A stretch of 45,289 nt of DNA from a virus (lineage: Duplodnaviria; Heunggongvirae; Uroviricota; Caudoviricetes): positions 1-45,289 of IMG/VR virus record IMGVR_UViG_2744054912_000003; one strand, given 5' to 3'. The notes under the pieces were generated by a model. That model made no database searches, had not been told where the DNA came from, and saw nothing but the letters and a program-made list of their open reading frames with translations. The translations under genes and the position numbers were made by a program. Below are positions 1 to 7,657 of the stretch, one piece after another; the first letter of the stretch is position 1, and the number at the start of each line of letters is the position of its first letter.

Positions 1-68
1 GTATCCAGTTCTTCGGGCTTACCAATATGGGCCAGAATTGCTGACCAGTTATCGTGAGAGTAATTCAT
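1..68 (-). CDS. insL: IS186 transposase, N-terminal 23 codons only (partial)
   Basis: ATG at 66-68 on the minus strand; translation MNYSHDNWSAILAHIGKPEELDT runs off the window start. Confidence 0.85.
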   Translation of the reverse strand, partial: MNYSHDNWSAILAHIGKPEELD

Positions 69-123
69 CGGCACGTTAAATCATATCAGGCGTAATACCA
101 CAACCCTTAAGTTAGCGCTTATG
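1..123 (-). mobile_element. IS186 left end (partial; element continues upstream of the window)
   Basis: Minus-strand ORF starting at 68 translates MNYSHDNWSAILAHIGKPEELDT, which I recognise as the IS186 transposase N-terminus. Bases 101-123 (reverse complement CATAAGCGCTAACTTAAGGGTTG) match the IS186 terminal inverted repeat as I recall it. Confidence 0.85.
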
Positions 124-145
124 GGATCTCTCCCCGCCAGGTCTC

Positions 146-301
146 TTACCTTTCAGATTCGTAGGCTGTGAAGACAGTGACCTCCGTCTGGCCGGTTCGG
201 ATTCGTACCTCGCAGAGGTCTTTCCTCGTTACCAGTGCCGTCACAATGACGGTTAAACAGATTACGATCAGAGCGATTAATATCGCTTTTTGCTGCTTCA
301 T
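146..301 (-). CDS. hok: Hok-family type I toxin (51 aa, single transmembrane helix)
   Basis: Manual translation of the minus strand gives MKQQKAILIALIVICLTVIVTALVTRKDLCEVRIRTGQTEVTVFTAYESER, close to E. coli HokD/HokC as remembered. This frame is not in the supplied ORF track (under 60 aa). Confidence 0.85.
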   Translation of the reverse strand: MKQQKAILIALIVICLTVIVTALVTRKDLCEVRIRTGQTEVTVFTAYESER

Positions 302-359
302 AGCCTGCTTCTCCTTGACCTTTTGGTCGGTAAGAGGCTAATCTACGTATGCTAAGCAT
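153..359 (-). CDS. mok: Mok-like overlapping leader frame (translationally coupled to hok)
   Basis: 68-aa ORF covering almost all of hok in another frame and extending 58 nt upstream, as in the plasmid R1 hok/mok arrangement. Confidence 0.55.
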   Translation of the reverse strand: MLSIRRLASYRPKGQGEAGYEAAKSDINRSDRNLFNRHCDGTGNEERPLRGTNPNRPDGGHCLHSLRI

Positions 360-410
360 AGATATTGCCTCAGATTAATGTTAAGCGTCTTGCAGGACGC
401 GTAATGTTAT
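345..410 (+). ncRNA. sok: Putative Sok-like antisense RNA (position by analogy only; boundaries not determined)
   Basis: In hok/sok loci the antisense RNA lies opposite the mok start and leader; no promoter or terminator was mapped here. Confidence 0.25.
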
Positions 411-635
411 CTGGGGCTTTCTTCTATCTGCTTTTCGGGTAATGCCTGAAGCAGATAGCCTCAAGCACCCGCAACGATTGTATCAATGTCTGGCTTTTTT
501 TCTATAGAAATCACCGGGAAGGGTGAATATCCACATCAGAAGAAATGTTGCAGCAAACATGATCCCTAATGGCCAGACCGCGCCAAAGAAAATCCATACT
601 GAAAACGCCAGGTGACTCCAGATTAGAGCAATCTA

Positions 636-1481
636 TCACCCTCTGAATCCCGCCGGTATACCCCATTGTTCGTTATCTTTATTTTTGGCTAAAACCGCAT
701 TAAGAGCTTCGTTTACCGTCATGCAATGCGGTAGGTTATCGAAGTTTGATATCCCGCCAATATCAGGCGAACGCTTGTTCTTCAGGTAAGCATATTTCCG
801 CGCAGCCGCCTCTACTTTCTGCTTGAACTCATGTTTTTGAGTGCGTTTTTTGGATAACCGCAGATTGTCAGCCTTTGCTTTTGCCTCAGCGATCCATGAA
901 GTCAATTTTTTGAGTCTGGTCGTTCCGGCACCGCCGGAAACTGATCTTTTTGTTTTTTTAACTTGTGACTTCTTATTCTTTATTGCCACGTCATCCTGAC
1001 AGGGGGAGGGGGTATCATTTTGATATGGGGGTGTGGTTAAAAAATCAAATAAAGCCAATGTCTTAGCGAGAACAGCTTTAACCTTGGTTGCGGCTGAAGA
1101 GATCTTTAATTTGCTTTCAGTCAGCGCGTTTTTAGCTTGTTGTGCGAAGGCCAAAAAGGATGGTGTAAACCGGTACAGGTTAGCGCGGCGTTCACGGTGA
1201 TCGCCGATAACAATCTCTACAGACAGGATTCCTTTGTTTACAGCTTCACGGAATGCACGAACGACGGTTGATTGGCTATAACCAGTTTCTGCCGCGATCA
1301 GGCGGTGAGGCTTGTGAATGAAGTATTCACTGGTTGTTGCCGCGAGATTTGCACATTGCGACAGGATATGCCCGGCGCTACGGGATAGACCGGAGTGTGT
1401 TACAAAGCAGGCCAATTCATAGCCAGAAAAAGTAAAATCGCTCATCGTTATACAGCTCAGGAAAGTGACTTTAGCCAGCAT
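636..1481 (-). CDS. repL: RepL-like lytic replication initiator (start may be the internal Met at 1445)
   Basis: 281-aa ORF immediately downstream of and co-directional with the kilA-like gene, as in the P1 kilA-repL operon; basic lysine/arginine-rich C-terminal half. Confidence 0.6.
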   Translation of the reverse strand: MLAKVTFLSCITMSDFTFSGYELACFVTHSGLSRSAGHILSQCANLAATTSEYFIHKPHRLIAAETGYSQSTVVRAFREAVNKGILSVEIVIGDHRERRANLYRFTPSFLAFAQQAKNALTESKLKISSAATKVKAVLAKTLALFDFLTTPPYQNDTPSPCQDDVAIKNKKSQVKKTKRSVSGGAGTTRLKKLTSWIAEAKAKADNLRLSKKRTQKHEFKQKVEAAARKYAYLKNKRSPDIGGISNFDNLPHCMTVNEALNAVLAKNKDNEQWGIPAGFRG

Positions 1482-1510
1482 TACAATGCTGGTGGTTCTT
1501 ACTACGTCTG

Positions 1511-2311
1511 TTAGCGCGTTGCCGCGACAGGTACCAGCACACCAGCATCAAGCAATCGCTTCATCAGCCACTGCTGACCTTTGCCGGTTATACGAGTCGT
1601 GAAAGAAATCCTGCTTCCATTGCTTGTATCGATCACGGTTTCTTTAAGGGTGAAATACCCACGGGATATGTATTCTTGTTTGGGGACGTTCCTGCGTTCA
1701 CCGGTTGCGATCAGAATTCCGTTATCACGCAACCAGGTGAAGAGATAGTTTTGGCCCAGGCCGAGCACTTTGGCATAGTTGCCGATTAGAACCCCGCTGG
1801 CGGTAGCAACGCGTTCGGCGAATTCGACTTTAGGTGCATCCATAAGCATTTTGTGCTCCAGCCGTTGCTTTTGCTCTGCCAGGTCGGCAGCCAAACGGAG
1901 AGCTTCAGGGAGACTCTGCGGAATAGCAGGTTGTAATCTTCCAGCTCGATAGTCGATAAATGTCTGGTTAACCTTCAGCCGAAACGCGGGAGAAATCCAG
2001 CCTGCGTACTCCACAGCGAGCAATTCATGGGCAAAAGTGCCGCCGCCACGGCCTTCGAACGAAACTATGCAATTCTGCATAGTTTCTTTTTCAAGCTCTT
2101 CGATGAGCTGTTTGGCTGACAGCGTTCTTAGCCATTGAGCTGGCGCTTTATGGGCACCGAGTCCGCTAGCTCTGTGTAGAGCATTAAGGTTGTAACGGCC
2201 AGCGCGGTCGGTCGTAATTTCAACACCACAAATAACAGGCAGAGTGGTTGAAGGATCGACATTTTGATGAAGGTTTGATATATTCATATCCGCATTGAAT
2301 GTTTGTTGCAT
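1511..2311 (-). CDS. kilA: KilA (KilA-N domain plus antirepressor-type C-terminal domain)
   Basis: 266 aa; N-terminal region looks like a KilA-N domain; C-terminal ~130 aa are paralogous to the Ant C-terminus in this window (QSLPEALRLAADLAEQK...PKVEFAERV versus QTLPDALRLAAELAEQK...PKVDFADRV). Confidence 0.7.
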   Translation of the reverse strand: MQQTFNADMNISNLHQNVDPSTTLPVICGVEITTDRAGRYNLNALHRASGLGAHKAPAQWLRTLSAKQLIEELEKETMQNCIVSFEGRGGGTFAHELLAVEYAGWISPAFRLKVNQTFIDYRAGRLQPAIPQSLPEALRLAADLAEQKQRLEHKMLMDAPKVEFAERVATASGVLIGNYAKVLGLGQNYLFTWLRDNGILIATGERRNVPKQEYISRGYFTLKETVIDTSNGSRISFTTRITGKGQQWLMKRLLDAGVLVPVAATR

Positions 2312-2380
2312 TTTTTCTCCAAATTTGCATCAACCTTCAATCACCAGCTCGAAATGGTGATTCTTTGCACTTAGAAAACG

Positions 2381-2397
2381 AAATTTATTAGAGCAAA
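2381..2397 (-). promoter_or_regulatory. C1 repressor operator-like site upstream of kilA (Op53-like)
   Basis: Reverse complement TTTGCTCTAATAAATTT matches the P1 C1 operator consensus ATTGCTCTAATAAATTT (as I recall it) at 16 of 17 positions, about 70 bp upstream of the kilA start. Confidence 0.6.
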
Positions 2398-2442
2398 TTT
2401 TTCTGACTCGATCCAGATCGGGTTGGTCGATCTGCTCAGAAA

Positions 2443-2470
2443 CCTGCCAGTTTACTGGCAGGTTTTTTCT
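2443..2470 (+). terminator. Rho-independent terminator hairpin (potentially bidirectional; also just downstream of the ant stop)
   Basis: CCTGCCAG-TTTA-CTGGCAGG stem-loop followed by TTTTTT on the plus strand, with an A-run on the other side. Confidence 0.55.
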
Positions 2471-2474
2471 TTTG

Positions 2475-3518
2475 TTAACCTATTGCTACTGGTTTTAACA
2501 AACCAGCATCAAGTAGCTTGCGAGTTAACCACTGCTGGCCTTTACCCGTTAATTGGGGCGTCAGCCGTATCTGGTAGCCATTTTCATCATCCAGCACCAC
2601 TTCTTTCACCGTGAAATACCCGGCGTTAATGTACTGCTGGCGCGGTACGTTTTTGCGCGCACCAAAAGCCATGAGAATGCCGTTCTGGCGCAACCATGAG
2701 AAAAGGGCGTTTTGCTTAAGTCCAACGACCTTTGCAAAGTTCCCGATCAGGATTCCATTAGCCGCTGATACCCGGTCGGCAAAATCGACTTTAGGGGCTG
2801 CGGCCACCAGCTGTTGTTCCAACTGCATTTTCTGTTCTGCCAACTCGGCAGCCAGGCGTAGAGCGTCTGGTAATGTTTGGGGGATCGATGGGGCAGGGGA
2901 GTTTGCCTGCTGCAATTCTTCCAGTTTGTCGATCAGCGAACGGCGGACTGCTTTTGACTCGCGCGCGGCGACTCGCAGGGCTTGTTTGTAGGTCATGGTT
3001 ATGACAACCATAGGCGTACCGCCACCTGGCGGCACGGTTGCACTTTTTGTGTAACCGTCCTCACCTTCTAATTCGTCGAGTATTTTTTTGATGAATTTGT
3101 TGTTCCGAACCTCTGGTTCCCCACATAACTTACGCGCTTCATTGACCATCTTTAACAGCGTCTGGCTGTCGATTGTGTCTCCAGTGTTGGAGATAACATT
3201 CACAGCTGGTGATGGCGTAGCTGAAGCAACAGATGCTGGTTTTTTAACATTCAAATTATTACTGGTCATTCTATGTGCCTCCTTTCTCATTTCTGCTGCC
3301 ACCGTTGCGTAACGTAGACGTCCTTGTTCAATCAAATAATCCCTGATCTCGGCTATCAGTAGCCTGTTGATCACAGCCTTATCTGTTCGGGTATAAAAAC
3401 GTCTGGTTATCATGAAATAGTTGGCAATTGCGCCGGGGATCTCCCGTGTCGGCATACAGGCAGTATGCAGGGCGATCGCTTCGGCTATGTCATTACGGGT
3501 GACGAGAGGTTTTTTCAT
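2475..3518 (-). CDS. ant1: Antirepressor Ant1 (Ant2 expected from an in-frame internal start)
   Basis: 347 aa; C-terminal antirepressor domain paralogous to KilA; lies downstream of a 73-aa ORF and an operator, as in the P1 immI region. Confidence 0.65.
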   Translation of the reverse strand: MKKPLVTRNDIAEAIALHTACMPTREIPGAIANYFMITRRFYTRTDKAVINRLLIAEIRDYLIEQGRLRYATVAAEMRKEAHRMTSNNLNVKKPASVASATPSPAVNVISNTGDTIDSQTLLKMVNEARKLCGEPEVRNNKFIKKILDELEGEDGYTKSATVPPGGGTPMVVITMTYKQALRVAARESKAVRRSLIDKLEELQQANSPAPSIPQTLPDALRLAAELAEQKMQLEQQLVAAAPKVDFADRVSAANGILIGNFAKVVGLKQNALFSWLRQNGILMAFGARKNVPRQQYINAGYFTVKEVVLDDENGYQIRLTPQLTGKGQQWLTRKLLDAGLLKPVAIG

Positions 3519-3736
3519 AAAACCCCCTGAACGTCGGCAGAGAAGGGGAGGTTCCAGTAACTAAGTGAATTGCGCGAGTTAGTTGAAAAACGGGCAGTAA
3601 AAATGCAGGGGCCATCAGGCAATTGAGAGCGTGCTTCGTCTTCTGTTGCTGCGATGACGAAGTGATAGTGGTGTTTTTTGCAGGAATAGAAACGCCAGAT
3701 GAATTCTTGGCGTGCGCAAGGATTGGCATTAACCAT
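3515..3736 (-). CDS. icd: Icd-like small protein, 73 aa, overlapping the ant start
   Basis: 73-aa ORF whose stop overlaps the ant start (translational coupling geometry); Shine-Dalgarno GAGG just upstream. Size and position match P1 icd as I recall. Confidence 0.5.
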   Translation of the reverse strand: MVNANPCARQEFIWRFYSCKKHHYHFVIAATEDEARSQLPDGPCIFTARFSTNSRNSLSYWNLPFSADVQGVL

Positions 3737-3789
3737 AGTTACGGCCTCGTAAGTTGATAAACAACCTGCGACCCGCTGCTAAACAGGTG

Positions 3790-3880
3790 GCAGGACGTGA
3801 CGGGGTTAGCAGACTGGCACTTACGAAACCAGCAGGCCGAAGCCTCCCCATCACGCCCCACCATAATTCGGGCGTAACGT
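3790..3880 (-). ncRNA. c4: c4-like antisense repressor RNA (approximate location)
   Basis: On the minus strand, UCUGCUAA and CGUAAGU (plus coordinates about 3802-3826) are complementary to UUAGCAG and ACUUACG located 40-80 nt further downstream, next to the icd ribosome-binding site. This is the two-site pairing expected for c4. Confidence 0.35.
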
Positions 3881-4048
3881 GGTTTACGGACACAAAAATA
3901 CCGCAATATCGGAAATCTGCGGTTGTCCGCGTAAGTATTCAGGCTGCTAAACCCGGTCGCAGAATTTGCTACGACGGCGAAACTATAAGCCTGAACGATT
4001 AAAAGGTCAATATGATGCAAAAAGATAGCATTCGCGACTTAAAAATAC

Positions 4049-4065
4049 AAATTTATTAGAGCAGA
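4049..4065 (-). promoter_or_regulatory. C1 operator-like site overlapping a sigma70-like promoter (Op51/P51-like) for the c4-icd-ant transcript
   Basis: Reverse complement TCTGCTCTAATAAATTT matches the operator consensus at 15 of 17; it is embedded in TTGCAC-N17-ATAAAT on the minus strand. Confidence 0.55.
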
Positions 4066-4346
4066 TTAGTGTCGTGCAATAGATATATTATTTGTGATGA
4101 AAAATAATGCAGATGGATATTGTAACTTTAAGATGGATATCAATAGTCGATACATAAATTAAGTTAGCAATAAACTATTAACTTAAGAAATAATGCAGAT
4201 GGTGAACTTGTCTCTGACTTTTCAGCTATACACAATAAGTTAGGGATAGCTTATAAAAAGTTGATTAATTGATATAAGTCAATGGGAGTATTCTTGTTTA
4301 CTTTCCGTTCTCGTGGTAACTTCTCGCCGGTTTTTGTTTTTCTGGG

Positions 4347-4868
4347 ATGATTCTTATGTCTAAAAAGTATACTTTATGCGCTCTTGTTGTATCTGCAATT
4401 CTTCTTTCTGGGTGTCAATCTAGCGGTGCTGATTATGCTGCCGATGTTTATGATACCGCTCAATTGAATTCGAAGCAGGAAACAAAGACAGTCAATATTA
4501 TCTCTGTGCTTCCAGCTAAAGTGAAAGTTGATAATAAAGCTAATAAAGAAGCGGCACAGACATTTGGTGCGGTACTGGGAGCTGTTGCTGGGGGCGTTGC
4601 CGGTTATAATGTTAAAGGCACATCGACACTGGGTGCTGTAGCTGGCGGTACTGGTGGTGCGGCTCTTGGTGCAGCGGCTGGTTCTTTGGTTAGTGATAAA
4701 ACAATTGTTGAAGGTGTTTCACTGACTTATAAAGAAGGAACTAAGGTGTTCACTTCAACTCAAGTTGGTAAAGCATGCCAGTTTACAACGGGGCTTGCTG
4801 TGCTTATTTCAACTAAAGATAATGAAACTCGAATTCAGCCAAATGCTACTTGTCCAGAAAAGAAATAA
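4347..4868 (+). CDS. Lipoprotein with glycine-zipper region
   Basis: Signal peptide with lipobox LLSGC; Gly/Ala-rich segment GAVLGAVAGGVAGY...GAVAGGTGGAALGAAAG typical of glycine-zipper outer-membrane lipoproteins. Confidence 0.7.
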   Translation: MILMSKKYTLCALVVSAILLSGCQSSGADYAADVYDTAQLNSKQETKTVNIISVLPAKVKVDNKANKEAAQTFGAVLGAVAGGVAGYNVKGTSTLGAVAGGTGGAALGAAAGSLVSDKTIVEGVSLTYKEGTKVFTSTQVGKACQFTTGLAVLISTKDNETRIQPNATCPEKK

Positions 4869-4871
4869 TTT

Positions 4872-5411
4872 ATGAATAAAATTATTTTATTTCTAATCTT
4901 TTCTACGTTTAGTGTAGGCACTGCCTTGGCTAACTCGTTGCAAAGTCAAATTGCTGCTATTGCTCAAGCGGAAAATGAAGGGCGAGCTAAAGAGCAGCAA
5001 GCTGAGGATGCCAGAAAAGAACTTATTCGCCAACAAGCACAAGCTGAACGTATTAGAAGAGAAAAAGCAGCATCTGCCGCTGCTGCACGCGAAAAACAGC
5101 GTGTTGCTGCAGAAAATGAACGTAGAGCGAAACGAGAAGCCGAGCTAGCAAATGACAAGAAGCGAGATCAAGCTTATGAGGATGAGCTTCGCAAGCTGCA
5201 ACTCGAAAGCATGAAACTCGAACTGCAAGCAAAAGCGGCTCGTGTCCAGCGAGAAAACGATTTTATAGAGCAGGAGTTGAAGGAGAGAGCAGCTAAGACA
5301 GATGTAATTCAGTCTGAGGCTGATGCAAATAGAAATATTTCTACAGGAAGTAAAGATTTACTGCAAAGCGAAGGAAAAGCTAGAGAGAAGAAAGCTAGCA
5401 GTTGGTGGTAG
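4872..5411 (+). CDS. Secreted charged coiled-coil protein with TolA-like Ala/Glu/Lys/Arg repeats
   Basis: N-terminal signal peptide (FSVGTALA-NS) followed by a long stretch such as AQAERIRREKAASAAAAREKQRVAAENERRAKREAE. Confidence 0.7.
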   Translation: MNKIILFLIFSTFSVGTALANSLQSQIAAIAQAENEGRAKEQQAEDARKELIRQQAQAERIRREKAASAAAAREKQRVAAENERRAKREAELANDKKRDQAYEDELRKLQLESMKLELQAKAARVQRENDFIEQELKERAAKTDVIQSEADANRNISTGSKDLLQSEGKAREKKASSWW

Positions 5412-5450
5412 TAATCACTACGATTGCGAGCATACTGTCACAAATGACAA

Positions 5451-6058
<608 letters not shown>

Positions 6059-6068
6059 GAGGGCTGAT

Positions 6069-6680
6069 ATGGGGTTTAATGTTGCTTCAGTAAAGTCTTA
6101 TGTATCTTCGGCATTAACGACGACATTATTTGGCTCCGGCGTTGGTGAACGGGAAGTTGGTAAGCTGACGTCAATCATCATGAACAAAATGCTGTTCGCG
6201 CAAGGATGGCAGTTCTCTGTCGAAGTTGATGGACTGGAGGGGGCAGACTTCTTTGCCAAAGATATTACCTACCACGATTACAGCATCGAATATGAAACGA
6301 TTAAAATCGGCGGAGGGAATATCCTTCAACCAACGGAGCGTTCGCCTGGGCAGATAACAATGATGGTCAGGGATACCGTTGATGGCCTCGTTTTGGACTG
6401 GTTTAAGACGGCAAAAAGTCGGGTGATCAATCCGGACGGTACCGGGAATATACCGTCTAAATATTTGCTCAATGTGCGTATTTATCGGTTGCTGTCTTCC
6501 GGCTTAACCAAACTGGAAAATGAGATGACGGTATTCCCGGTCACTACCGGCGATGTCACCTATGCGCGAGATCAGGTTACTGAATTTAAGTCATTCCCAA
6601 TGACCTTCGCATTGCACAGCACGTTTAACCAATCCTCAAGTTCTTTGGCTTCCCTTCTGGGCTTTAGCTTTTCTCTTTGA
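6069..6680 (+). CDS. Putative tail tube protein (position of P1 tub)
   Basis: 203 aa, strong Shine-Dalgarno (GAGAGG), position in the operon. Confidence 0.5.
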   Translation: MGFNVASVKSYVSSALTTTLFGSGVGEREVGKLTSIIMNKMLFAQGWQFSVEVDGLEGADFFAKDITYHDYSIEYETIKIGGGNILQPTERSPGQITMMVRDTVDGLVLDWFKTAKSRVINPDGTGNIPSKYLLNVRIYRLLSSGLTKLENEMTVFPVTTGDVTYARDQVTEFKSFPMTFALHSTFNQSSSSLASLLGFSFSL

Positions 6681-6694
6681 ATTAAGGAGCAAGG

Positions 6695-7576
6695 ATGCTT
6701 TTACCTCTTTTCCCGCTACCATCGCGGCCAACTGAATTGATCCAGTTCCGTCAGCCAAATATTGCTGATGCGATGCGTTTCAACTCGATAACACCGGAGG
6801 AACAAGAACAACAGACAACGGCGTATTTAAAAGCCTTGCTGGCTGAACCCGCGAAACATGATCCCCTGACATGGACGGCGCAGGACCGGATTACCGCGTT
6901 ATGGTGGATATTTACCGGCTCCCGTGAAACACCGGTCGAGACATTCACCTACACCTGTAAACATTGCGGTAAAGAGCATTATTACGATTGCGATATGAAT
7001 GCTCTGGCTGAAGATATCCAGGTCCTGGAAGTGGAACCTTTCATTGACGATATTGAGGTGTCTGTAGAGGGAGTACCTTATCAATGGCGTATCGTGCCGC
7101 TTGATGGTTGGGCAATGGAAATGCTGGAGATGCGCCGTGCAGCATTGCCACCTGAAGACGACGCGGAATTCAAAGAAGCGATCGTTGATTTGCGTTTTTG
7201 GGAATTCGCTTATCAGTGTGAGCTTTATAACGATGTTAGCGGTACTCGTGAAGATCAGGCTGAGCGTCGTTATGAAACGATTAAACGGATGGCCATTGAT
7301 ACTGAATTTATGAAGCTGGCGGCACACATCCGACTGGCTCATGAAAAGCTCGAACATGGTTTACCGTGCTACATCGATAAAGGTGAAATGCGTCTTCGTC
7401 TCCCGCCGCATAAATGCCCAAATCAGGATAAAAAGGAGTCCACAGAGGGTGCATATACCCGTCTGTGGGTGCCCTTTCGGGCTACCGACTTCATTCCACA
7501 GGTGGGGATTGAAAAGCTATCAGACCTTAGTGTCCAACCTGGTTTTGTATGGGGGTATACCGATTCAGGACGCTGA
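6695..7576 (+). CDS. Tail/baseplate morphogenesis protein (position of P1 pmgB)
   Basis: 293 aa with a Cys-rich CxxC...CxC segment; Shine-Dalgarno AAGGAG. Confidence 0.5.
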   Translation: MLLPLFPLPSRPTELIQFRQPNIADAMRFNSITPEEQEQQTTAYLKALLAEPAKHDPLTWTAQDRITALWWIFTGSRETPVETFTYTCKHCGKEHYYDCDMNALAEDIQVLEVEPFIDDIEVSVEGVPYQWRIVPLDGWAMEMLEMRRAALPPEDDAEFKEAIVDLRFWEFAYQCELYNDVSGTREDQAERRYETIKRMAIDTEFMKLAAHIRLAHEKLEHGLPCYIDKGEMRLRLPPHKCPNQDKKESTEGAYTRLWVPFRATDFIPQVGIEKLSDLSVQPGFVWGYTDSGR

Positions 7577-7657
7577 AAGGCTTACTGAATCCTATGCGTT
7601 TTTCCTGTTGGAGAAACTGGAAGAAAAACTTAAACCGAAACGGTAGGCGATAAGATC

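Larger units (their letters stand above)
2290..2470 (+). ncRNA. Putative antisense transcript opposing the kilA 5' end (P53as-like); 5' end not mapped
   Basis: A strong plus-strand terminator at 2443-2470 sits about 160-180 nt from the kilA start region; P1 is reported to make an antisense RNA of about that length from within kilA. Inferred, no promoter identified. Confidence 0.3.

Noticed and set aside
3739-4020. ORFs of 93 aa (minus) and 82 aa (plus) between icd and the operator
   Set aside because: They overlap the region better explained by the c4-like RNA and its promoter; no ribosome-binding sites, and composition untypical of protein.
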